A stretch of 64,000 bases of DNA from Octopus bimaculoides (Eukaryota), in contig NC_069001.1 in assembly GCF_001194135.2 (NCBI RefSeq), positions 1,278,442-1,342,441 on the forward strand, given 5' to 3'. Positions 40,771 through 51,660 of the stretch are shown piece after piece (the stretch's first letter is position 1; the number at the start of each line of letters is the position of its first letter). The notes under the pieces are model-generated. The model searched no databases. It had not been told where the DNA came from and saw only the letters and a list, made by a program, of their open reading frames with translations. Both the position numbers and the translations under genes were made by a program.

Positions 40771-40930
40771 GTTCCTGTTGTGATGAATACACACGTGTGT
40801 ATTCATCCATCATATAAAATATCTTGTATTTTATGTCACATAAAAATAAACCAGCCCTTATTTGTCCCTTCCCTTGGCTATCGTGTTGGACAATGACCCT
40901 AATCTCTGTGTTCTCATTCTTCTTTTACAG

Positions 40931-41059
40931 CTTCAACTTCTATGAATGATCCTCAGTGTTCGCCGGACGTCAAAGTACGGTTTGATGAGCTGTGTCCAGT
41001 GTGTGGGGATAAAGTATCTGGCTACCATTATGGACTGTTGACCTGTGAGAGTTGCAAGG
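40931..41059 (+). CDS. ftz-f1: NR5A first identified coding exon (short A/B region and zinc finger 1, P-box ESCKG); ATG at 40942
   Basis: Acceptor ttttacag|CT; [39 protein letters not shown]; donor G|gtgagt. Confidence 0.96.
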
Positions 41060-41979
41060 GTGAGTTTCCAGCTTCCACTTCTCAACACGAACCTTTCTTA
41101 TCTTTCTTTTTATTAATTTTTTATTCTTGTTTCAGTCATTAGACTGTGGCCATGCTGGGGCACCACCTTGAAGACATTTTATTTAAATTAATTGCCTACA
41201 ACTAACTTGTGCACAATATCAAGACATAGAATACACACACAAATGTGGCAGGCTTCTTTCAGTTTCCATCTTCCAAATCTACTCACAAAGCTCCAGTTGG
41301 CCTCAGGCTTTCTCTATATTGGCAAAAGCCAAGCATAGCAGTCCCTTGCTGGGGCCCTTCATCACTCCTAACACAACAGTTGCCATCACTACTACTACTA
41401 CTACTACTACTACAACAAAGCATTAATTCTGCCACCACCACCACCACCACACTCACCACTATCAATGCTACCATTGTCATCTTTGATATAATCATCACAC
41501 ACACCCTCTCCATCACACACACACACACACTCACCAGAGACACTCACAGACACACAAACACCACACAACACACACACACGCCCATACACTAATCTCTAAA
41601 CTGCAACATTTCAAGCAAAAACAGTGACCGCACTAACCCTTTCTCTCTTTTTCCCTCTCACACATTGTCTCTGTGTGTGTGTGTGTGTGTGTGTGTGTAT
41701 AGCTAGTAGTTCTATGCCAATAACACGCACACACATGTAAGCACGCATACACACACACACAGGTACGTGTGAACATACAGCAGCTTGAGAAAGCTATGGG
41801 CACTGTCCCTTCTCCCTTCTCCACTCAAACTAAGTAGGTACTAAAGAACTTTGTACAAATATATTGATTGATTGATCTATTGATTGTGTTTCATGCACTC
41901 TTTTATGTGTGCCTGCACGCACACACACATCTCTGTGTGTGTAAGTGCGGATTTGCATCAGTGTGTGCCTGTGTCTGTG

Positions 41980-42033
<54 letters not shown>

Positions 42034-45000
42034 TATGCTTTGATCTTGTTTACATAATATAAAGATAAAATGACATCAAACACCGGCTATTTTCTCTTTG
42101 CTCAGTAAATCTATGGTCAATGTGAAGTGAGAGAGAGAATTAGATGAAGAGAGAAGGGTAGAGAGAGAGAAAGAAAGAGCAATAAAGGATGGTGGCTGCG
42201 GTGACGGTGATAGTATTGGTGACAATGAATAGGATGGTGATGATGATGATAGTGATTATGGTGCTGGTGGTAACAGCAATGAACTACACTCTCCTATGGT
42301 ACCTCCTTACAACTAGCTCTGTCTCCCTGTGGCACCCACTTACAGCTAGATAGACTGTCACTGAGGTACACTATTGTACCCACATATAGCAGTGAACTAT
42401 ACCACCCTGTGGCACTACTTAAAGCTACATGGACTGTCCCTCACTGTGGTACACTATAATTACCTGTGCATAACTGTGAACTTTACCACCCTATCAACTA
42501 CATGGACTGTCTCTCTGTAATACCTACATACAAGAGAGAACTGCCTATACAGTAGACCAACACGTAGAACAGTCCATCTAGCTGTGTATATGGTATTGGT
42601 CACCCCAAGGATATAGACGACATGTTCTATATAATGCGACTGAACCTGGAACCACAGGGTTCAGAAACAAGCTTCATAACCACATAGCCATGCCACTCTC
42701 TCGTCATAATAGTGCTTACATTAAGTGTATGAAATTGGTTTGCAGTGCCCCTGCTGGTGCCCCGTGAAAACGCCCATGCCTGTGCCATGTTAAAAGCTCC
42801 CCTCAGTGCTACTCTGTAAAGTGGTTGGCATTAGGAAGGGCATCCGGCCATAGAAATCATGCCAAAATGGATAAAATAGAGCCCAGGTAGCTTTCGAGTT
42901 GGCCAGCATAGAAAATCGACATTGAATGATGATGATGATGATGATGATGGTGATGGTGATGATGATTTGAAAATATTAAGTTGAAATAAAAGTCTAACTT
43001 TATTAGAGTGAAATAGATTAAAATATTACTACAGTGTTTGAAACTTTTAATTTTACAAAACATTTCACATTTTCCCTACCAACTTCATTTTGTGTCCTAT
43101 TTTCTTTTGCACAAGCAGTCTAAATTTTTTTATAAATTATGCATTAAAATTTTTTTTTTCTAACCATGTATAATGTTCTAGTTTATTATATAAACTACCG
43201 CATTGATTTATAGCATGGATATCACTGTTGACTCCCACAGTTCAGAACAAATATTATATTCGTTATGTAGTGCAGGGATCACCAGTGATATCCACGGTTG
43301 GCAAAATGTGAAATAAATTAATTTACAGTTAAACATTTATTATTTGTTTTTTTCACATTTAAAATGGCAGCAGGTTTACATTTATTTCGGTTAGCAGACT
43401 TTTCACTTAGAAGTTAAGCCTCTTTTTTTTTATTCATTCATAAATATTTTTTTCAACTTTAAAGATTGCATTTGTCTGGTGTATAGAAAGTGTGTGTAAC
43501 AGACTTGCAGTTGTACCTCTTTGGAGTTTTTTTCTATCTTTATCTGCATCACGCCCCTCCTCTCTCCCCGACTCTACTCTGATGAAACTTGTGAGCAGCC
43601 TTGTATCTTCTCTCCTGTAAGAAACCTGTTCTGGTCCCTTTCATTACCTGGCAGAAAGCCAACTCCCTCTCCACTGTAGTCCCACTCGGTCAAAAAAGGA
43701 TCTTAATCTTGCAAGTGCTGATCACACTTGTATTGGTACCACGAAAAAGGTACCCTGAGTATCGAGGCCCAGAAACAATGCTTCAGATTGCCTTGATGCA
43801 TCTAACCTCTGCCGCCACATCAGATGGACATTAAAAGATGATGATGATGCTGATGATGGGTTTTTCCCAGCTTTAAAGATTCCATGTGCAGTAATTTTGG
43901 ATGTAATATGTAAATGTGATAGACTTCTAATCATATCTCTTGGTTTAATGGAATTATCTTTCAATTTTTGAAGTCACCTGCAAACAATCTTTATTTTTTT
44001 TTTCCTTTCACATTTATCAGCTTTTAGAGTACAAACATTTAATCCTTTTAATGCCAGTCCAGCCAAGATCACCTCTTCTTCTCTTGTACAAGCTTCCTGC
44101 TTTAAACTGATCTAAGTGAAAAACTTCCATCCAAATTTCGTGTAAATTTACGTTCCAAACAACAGCTTAATAATGATAAAGTTATTTTTTCTAAATTCTT
44201 TGTGATTTTAAAAATTAATTGAAAACGAATGTATATTTCAACAGAAATAATAGTAACAAAAGGGTTGAATTGGAATCTCCCATCAAAATTTTATATTAAC
44301 TTACGTTGCAAACATTAGCTTAACAGTTTTTACCTTTTTTTCTGTGGAAATTCATTGCCTTTCAATTAATTTTTAAAACAACAAAGAATTTAGTAAAACA
44401 TATTTCTTTGTCGTTATTTAACTGGTGTTTGGAACATAAATTGATCTGAAATTTTGATGGAATTTTTTAATTTGGATCACTTTAAAACAGGAAGCTTGCA
44501 TCATAGAACCAGTAAGGATGGTCGTGGGTGGGGGGTGGGAGGTATCAGAAAGGTTAATAAGGACAAAGTTTTTTTCACTAATTTCTTCTTTCTCTTCAAA
44601 ATCAATTGAAACAAAGGCTGTATATTTCAATAGAACTATGGTAACAAAAGAGTTAAATACCAAACTGTCAGTTCTTTATCCACAACAGACTCTCTTCCAC
44701 AGTCACGAAATTGTGACACAAGTTAACAACAACAACAGTAATAACAATAATAATAATAATCCTTTCTACTATAGGCATAAGGCCTGAAATTTTGGGGAAG
44801 GGACCTAGCTGATCGCATTAACCCCAGTACTTGACTGGTACTTAATTTATTAACCCCGAAAGGATGAAAGGCAAAATCAACCTTGGTGGAGTTTGAACTC
44901 AGAACCTAAAGAGCTGAAAGAAATGCTGTGGCGCATTTTCTCTGATGCTCTAATGATTCTGCCAGCTTGCTGTTGTTCTTTCCTTCTTTTCCTGCATGCA

Positions 45001-45679
45001 TCGTGAAGATGAAGGTATAATGAGCTTTGTTCAGAACCATTAAGTACCACCAAACTGCTACAAGCTAAATGAGAGAGAGAGAGAGAGCCTCTATGTGGTT
45101 GCTCAAACTGCTAGAGATAGCAGCCAAACCTTCATCAAATTACTACTTTTTTTTTTGTCAAACAAGTCACATTAGATAATCTATACTCCTAGATATACAC
45201 TGAACATAGAAGACAAGATGATTAGGGTTGTAATGCCTTTAATTATTGGCCTGCTCTATCCAGACTGACCGGAGGCTAAATAACAACAACAATTGCTACC
45301 ACCAAAAACGATTGGTGTAGGTTCTGGGTTCGATATTTGGTAGCGTCACCGTTTAGGTTTTGGGCCTCTTGACTGCTTGATACAAGATAGGATGAGTTCC
45401 ACGGTAAACTGTTGTTGCAAGAAAGTTAAGAAAGTTCATTGACCTGATACATATATATATAGATATGTACATGCACACGTATATATGTGTGGGCTTGTGT
45501 GTGTGTATGTAGACGCACACATATATATGCATACACACATGTGCTCACACACACACGCATATACCTATATATATTTATATATATGTATATATACATATGC
45601 ATGCATAAATGTATGTACATACACACATTATCTATATGTACACACATACATATTATCTATATCTAAACACACACACATG

Positions 45680-45757
<78 letters not shown>

Positions 45758-48700
45758 CATGCATGTGCTGTTTACCTTGTCTAGAAACAAGGCTTCAGCT
45801 GCTATAACCACACCACCACCATCGCCGCCACCACCACCACCGCTACTACTTCCTTTCAAAAGTTGAAATAATGGTTTCTCTGGCACAAAGCAGCAACTTT
45901 GTAAGGTTTGGGACAGGGGTTAGTGACGGTGGGTGGGTTGTATTTGATCAAATTGATCCACTGACATGACTGGTACCAATTTTCTTTTTTTTTTCTTACC
46001 TTCCCCACCACCATTACCACCACCTCCTGGTATTTATTTTATCAACCCCAAAAGGATGAAAGGCAAAGCTGACCTCGGTGGCATTTGAACTCAGAACATG
46101 AAGTATTGCTAAGCATTTCACCTAGCATGCTAACAATTCTGCCAGCTCGCTGCCTTTATAACAACAACAATAATAATAATAATAATAATAGAATGTTAAA
46201 GTGAAGTAAAGTGTTTTTGCATTTTTGAATGGCTGATGTGCATCTTCCATGCTGTAATAACTTCTAGTTTTAACACAGACTCTGGGACCGCATCATTTGC
46301 CAGGCAGGGGCATCTCTGAAAACCCATTTTTCTTTTTACTTCTTTTTTCCTTTTTTCCTGCTCCATGGTGAAGTCGACAGAAAACGGGTGGAGCACAGTG
46401 TTGGTAGAATTGACACGAATGTATTACTGGTATGTAGCCTGTTGAATGACCTGGTTTAGAGTAGGGTTCAAACTCGGAACAATGAAAAGCTGAATGAATC
46501 ATAAACAGTGTCGCATCTTAACCGAGCACCCTACTTTGGTGCTTCCTTTGTCACATGGCAGAAATATTATAGGAATGCGTGTCTGTGCACATGCACACAC
46601 AATTTTGCCACTCCCCTTCTACTCATGTGCACCCCTTCATTGCACTACCTCTCCCACACACACACCTCTCCATCTTAGATATGCTCACATACACACGCTA
46701 TATACACATTAGCAAACTCACATGCTTACACACACATTCTATTTCTCTTTCTCTCACACACACACAATCTCCCTACACATGCACCCCTTTCTTGCATCAC
46801 CTATCCTACTTACATGTTTGCCTCTCCCATTTTATAGATACACTTTGTACACACACACACACACACAGCACATGCTCCCTTGCTTATTATACAAACAGAC
46901 ACACACACACGCATATGTGCTTTCTTTCCCTTGCCCTGCACACAATCACAAACACACCCTCAGCTTTTCCTGTCTTACCCACACACACAAACTTCTCTTA
47001 ACCTACATACAAAACAGTCACACATATATACACATCAGAGTTAAAAACTATGCCAAAATCTGTTGTTACCAAGTCAGGAGCCTAACTATTGCTACAATTG
47101 TGCCAGTAGCTATCTGTTGATACCACTGTGCCATAAGCTATCTGTTGTTACAATTGTGCCATAAGCTATCTGTTGTTACAATTGTGCCATTAGCTGTCTG
47201 CCGTTATAACTGTGTCACTACCTGTCTGTTGCTATTATTGTCTTTCTAGCTATCTGTTGATACAATTTTGCCACTAGTTATTTGTTCTGACATCTGTGCC
47301 GTAAGTTTTCTGTTGTCGCAACTGTGCCATGAGCTGTCTTTTACTGCAGCAGGGTGACTCCCTGTATAGGCATTGCATTCTCAATATCTCTCTCTCTTTT
47401 TTCCTCTGTCCATTTCAGGTTTCTTCAAACGTACTGTACAAAACAAGAAGGTTTACTCCTGTGTGGACAACAGAAACTGTCTCATTGACAAGACGCAAAG
47501 AAAAAGATGTCCATACTGTCGCTTTCAAAAATGCCTTACTGTAGGGATGAAGTTAGAAGGTGAGCATGCCGACCCGTCACCCCTTGCTCTGTTGAGGGTC
47601 TTTTTATTTCTTTATGCATTTTGTGGAGTGGTGGTGGTGGTGGTGGGGGGGGGGTCTCCTCTGAAAATGTTAAAATTTTATTTGGATGTGGTATCTTATC
47701 TTTTGTGGTTTATCTTTTACTTGCTTCAGTCACTGGACTGTGGCCATGCTGGAGCATCATCTTGAAGGGCTTCAGTTGAACAAATTGACTTCAGTATTTA
47801 TGTTTTTTATTTATTTTTTTTTTATCCAATTCAACAATACATCCACTAGCTCCAATTTACTGATACACCCACTTTGCCCTGTTCAGCGACATACAACTGC
47901 CTGTGCCTAACAAAACAAAATATACCTACTGTGCCCCAATTTGACAATATACCCACTGTATCCAGATGATATATGCAGAGCCCAGTTTTACAGCATACCC
48001 ATTTTTGTCCTGCTAAACAACATACCCGCTGTGCCTAGATAAATTATGGATTTGCTTTGCCCAGCCATGCAATGTACCTACTTTACTTATGAACCCACAG
48101 CTCAAATAGATAATATACCCATTGAAAACATTGTGTCCAGTCTGCAGACACTATATGCCCTAGGTGAGGGGTAGTTAATGATGTCCCCTAGATGAGATCA
48201 AGGTTTTACTAATTTGTTTTTTATTGTATTTTTACAGCTGTCCGGGCCGACCGGATGCGGGGTGGACGAAACAAATTTGGTCCGATGTATAAACGGGACC
48301 GAGCACTAAAGCAACAAGCCATACGTCAACGACAGCAGATGCTAACATCGTGCCAAATTCACCTGTCAAATGGAATGAACTCTTTACCTACGTCCATGGA
48401 GGACATCAAACCTAGCTCGCTCCTGATGGGTGGAAACCAGCTAATATACAGCATGGGTAGCAGTTGTGGTGGTGGCGGAGGCGGTGGTGGAGGAGGAGGT
48501 GGTGGAGGGGGAGGAGGAGGAAATATCTCGCCTCTCTCGTCGCCAACCCCGTCGATGCCTTCACCCGTCTACGACGCATCCCCACCCATCAGTCAGTTAA
48601 CCCTAACGAACAGTGAGTGTGTGCCTGTTAACACGGGTGGCTCAGCCATGCAGGGTACCCTGCAGCAGTACCCGGCCATGATCAGCGCCCTACATCCCAT

Positions 48701-51660
48701 GCACTCCAGCCTCCTCTCACAGCAGCCTGCACTACCCCCTCTCATACCGTCCCTAATCTCAGACTTCAAGGCAACCATGCCTAACGAGACAGAACGTAAA
48801 CAAAAGCTGCTTAACTTTATTCAAAATGAATTTGGTGGGTTTCAGTGTTCGTGGCATTCGGACAAGTTATTTATGATGTTATGTCGCCTTGTGGACCAGT
48901 GCCTATTTCTCATGGTTGAATGGGCACGCTATTCATTTTTCTTCAAAGAATTAAAGGTAAGTAAAACGCAGACATACTTTCATACATGTGAGGAGTATAG
49001 TTTTCATTATGTATAAATTTTTTAAATGTTTATGTTTTGAAACCGAAAAAATACAAATTATGAAAAATTGATAATGCAGATTGAAGGTTTGTATGATTAC
49101 CTGATATTTCAAAATTTAGGGTTAGAAACCCTTCCTGCAGGAAATTTGCAGAGAAAAGGTGTTGTTAGCTGCTTTCTCTGCTCTATAGTTATGTGGAAAT
49201 CTGGAAACAGACAATACTGTTTGAATGAGCCTTCTGTTCAGACTAGTGGTTCTCAGTTGTGGCCCTCAAGCATCCTTCTGGCATCCCCCTCCCCTCGATG
49301 GTATTCCCTCTTTAAATTTTTCTTTAATCTACTTGTGTTTTATTTGTTTTGGTGTACACCCCACCTTCAAAAACAGAAAGCAGGTTTTCAATTTTGACCC
49401 AGCATTAATAGAAATCATCAGTTTAGACTGTGCAATATGTCAAGAAGCCTGGACATATTTTTGTGATGGATTGCAACCATATAACACATTCTGCATGAAC
49501 GGTGATGCCTTTCTCTACAAACAACAGTGAACCCGTGTGGAGACAAGGACAAAGACGAGCACATTGACACACACAAGTACACTCTCTTTCTCTCTTTTCT
49601 CTCTCTCTCTCTCTATTACATACACACAAACACATACGTGATACTGAAGAAGGAGCAATAATTCCTGAAACATACATCTACACCCATTATTTTTCTATCT
49701 TCAGTAGCATTGTTTACATAGACATATTCATATATGAAATGTCATAACTTTCAGTACTGGCTCTAAATTGTAAAGAAAATCTGTGGAGACAACATCAAAA
49801 GCCACCCATACACACTCACACACACCTATTACAAAGATTTCTCAAGTTTTCAGAAGAAACAATTCTTATTACTGCTGTTACTAAAACTTGAACCCATAAC
49901 CCTTATGGTTAGTTGAGATTAGAGAAATATGAATAAAAAGAAAAACACAACAACAATAAATAAACATAGTTTGATCCTCTTGATATTTTTCAATGTTTTT
50001 CTGTCTTTTTAGGTTGAGAACCAAATGAAACTTCTACAAAATTCTTGGAGTGAATTATTAATTTTGGATTTTTTATATCGACAACTTAACACAAATTCCA
50101 CCTCAGAGTTTACATTGGTTAGTAATGTGGTGCCTGGCACCTCTGTTCATCTTCCCTCTGTTTGTGTGAGATATAGAAAGATTGTACATGCATGTGTGAG
50201 TGTGTGTGTGTGAGTGTGTATGTATATATATATAAAATAATTTCCTCTCTCTTTTGTGTTCATACAGGCAAGTGGTCACAGATTAAACGCAGATTTCTTC
50301 GATAAAATAGGTTTAGGTGACATGAGAGAGAGACTGCAGGACCTTATCAAAAAGATGCGGGAACTAAAAATTGATGAAAACGAATATGTATGTCTCAAAT
50401 ATTTAGTGCTTTTGAACCCTGGTAAGTGTTCAGTTGTTGTTGTTGTTGTTGTTGTTGTTATCATCGTTGTTAAGGCAACGACCTGGCAGAATGGTTAGCA
50501 GCATCTCCTCCATCTTTATGTTCTGAGTTCAAATTCTGCCAAGGTCGACTTCGCCTTTCATCCTTTTGGGGTCGATAAAAGGAAAAAACTAGTTGAACAC
50601 TGGGGGTCTATGCAATTGACTTACACCTCCACTAAAATTGCTGGCCTTGTGCTGAAATTTGAAACCATTATTATTATTATTATTATTGTAAAGCAGCTAA
50701 CCGGCAGAATTGTTGGTGCGTCAGACAAAAAAATGCTTTGCTACATTTCTTCTTGCTATTTTTTGGTTTGAGTTCAATTGTTGCCATGGTTGACTTGCCT
50801 TTCATCCTTTTGGGATTGATACAATCAGTTTAATTTCTCCCCGAAATTACTAGCTCTGTGCCAAAATTTGAGACCTCCATGAGGCGTTGGGCCTCATGGA
50901 AGCAGTGACAGGTGACCGAGACCTTTGGCGATTATATTGTGCTTGTGTTGACCTGTCAAGCCGAGTGAGACCATGGTTGTGGCCAGTGTCAGGTCAATGG
51001 CACATAAAATACATCTACTACTCTCTCAGAGTGGTTGGCATTAGGAAGGGCATCCAGCCATAGAAACTTTGCCAAATGATCTTAGAACCTGGAAGTCTGT
51101 CATTAAATGATGATGATGATGCTGATGAATATTAACCTTTCACATGTAAAACTATTTTATTAAATTAAAATAAAATTAATTTGCAACAAATATATCATAT
51201 GATTCTTGTAACATTTAATGTCCATGTTCCATGCTTGCATGAGTTTGACGGTTCAACAGGATGAGATGTGATCAAGCACTGCATCCTGCTCCAATGTCTG
51301 TTTTGGCATGGTTTCTACAGCTGGATGCCCTTCTAAATCCAACCACTTTATGCATATGTAACCTTTACGTGTATGTAACCTTTAATGTGTATGTAACTTT
51401 TTTACTTTGCAGACGTTGGAGGTGTGGAAAGCAGGCAACTCCTTGAAGACTGCCAGGAGAAAATCAACACTGCCTTGATGGAATACTGCACTAGTGTTTA
51501 TCCCAATATGAAGGACAAGTTTGGCCAGGTTTTGTTACGCCTGCCAGAGATTCGCATGATAAGCATGCATGGCGAGGAGTTTTTGTATATCAAACACTTA
51601 AACGGAGAGCTACCCGAGCAGACTCTCCTCACAGAGATGTTGCATTCCAAACGAAGGTGA
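40942..51660 (+). CDS. ftz-f1: NR5A / FTZ-F1 family nuclear receptor (SF-1/LRH-1 homolog); join(40942-41059,47419-47559,48238-48956,50013-50117,50268-50421,51413-51660), 494 aa
   Basis: The exons splice in frame at GT-AG sites with matching phases. The DBD ([33 protein letters not shown]...CPYCRFQKC), the T-box/FTZ-F1 box ([27 protein letters not shown]) and the LBD ending [11 protein letters not shown] are diagnostic of NR5A rather than HR39. Confidence 0.97.
42290..42530. repeat. Degenerate tandem duplication with a unit of about 80 bp
   Basis: CCCTGTGGCAC..CTTA.AGCTA.AT.GACTGTC...GGTACACTAT...GTGAACT.TACCACCCT repeated two or more times. Confidence 0.6.
44040..44660. mobile_element. Cluster of piggyBac-like MITE fragments in inverted orientation; same family at 1-195
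   Basis: 44080-44270 and 44370-44560 are reverse complements (AAGCTTCCTG.TTTAAA.TGATC...CTAAATTCTTTGT); ends read GTAACAAAAGGGTT. Confidence 0.7.
44745..44975 (-). mobile_element. tRNA-derived SINE, family A (NR5A intron)
   Basis: Reverse complement of family A with a (TAA)n tail. Confidence 0.82.
47085..47345. repeat. 28-bp minisatellite (GCTATCTGTTGTTACAATTGTGCCATAA), about 9 units, in the intron between the zinc-finger exons
   Basis: Two near-identical adjacent units at about 47137-47190, with degenerate units on either side. Confidence 0.88.
47419..47559 (+). CDS. ftz-f1: NR5A exon: zinc finger 2
   Basis: tttcag|GT TTC; [47 protein letters not shown]; G|gtgagc. Confidence 0.97.
47860..48160. 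repeat. Highly degenerate tandem array with an ATACCCACTGTGCCC core
   Basis: Motif variants recur every 25-30 bp in the intron upstream of the hinge exon. Confidence 0.5.
48238..48956 (+). CDS. ftz-f1: NR5A exon: FTZ-F1 box, hinge with Gly18 tract, LBD helices 1-3
   Basis: tttacag|CT GTC; [21 protein letters not shown]...[26 protein letters not shown]; AAG|gtaagt. Confidence 0.96.
49638..49683 (+). ncRNA. Intronic type I hammerhead motif, sense to the NR5A pre-mRNA
   Basis: GUG(A)UA-CUGAAGA-AGGAG-CAAUAA-UUCCU-GAAA-C-AUAC-A-UC/UACAC; core, stem II and stem I present, with a C15.2-A16.2 mismatch. Confidence 0.6.
50013..50117 (+). CDS. ftz-f1: NR5A exon: LBD helices 4-5
   Basis: tttttag|GTT; [35 protein letters not shown]; TTG|gttagt. 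Confidence 0.94.
50268..50421 (+). CDS. ftz-f1: NR5A exon: LBD beta-turn and helices 6-8
   Basis: catacag|GCA; [51 protein letters not shown]; G|gtaagt. Confidence 0.94.
50471..50872 (+). mobile_element. Two tandem family A SINEs (NR5A last intron)
   Basis: Two consecutive head-body-tail units, at about 50471-50688 and 50690-50872. Confidence 0.8.
50875..51345. mobile_element. Tail-to-tail inverted pair of family B SINEs just upstream of the last NR5A exon
   Basis: A + copy at about 50875-51125 and a - copy at about 51210-51345. Confidence 0.78.
51413..51660 (+). CDS. ftz-f1: NR5A last coding exon: LBD helices 9-12 (AF-2)
   Basis: tttgcag|AC GTT; [26 protein letters not shown]...[47 protein letters not shown]. 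Confidence 0.96.

Noticed and set aside
43565-43600. CTGATGA as another hammerhead core
   Set aside because: No stem II or GAAA follows. The same applies to the hits at about 54518 and 38545.
46381-46429. Cryptic 49-bp exon in the DBD intron (cag|...|gtatgt)
   Set aside because: Frame-shifting and supported only by generic splice-like motifs.
40942-51660. Assignment to HR39 (NR5B)
   Set aside because: [26 protein letters not shown] and the full [13 protein letters not shown] box are NR5A-type.
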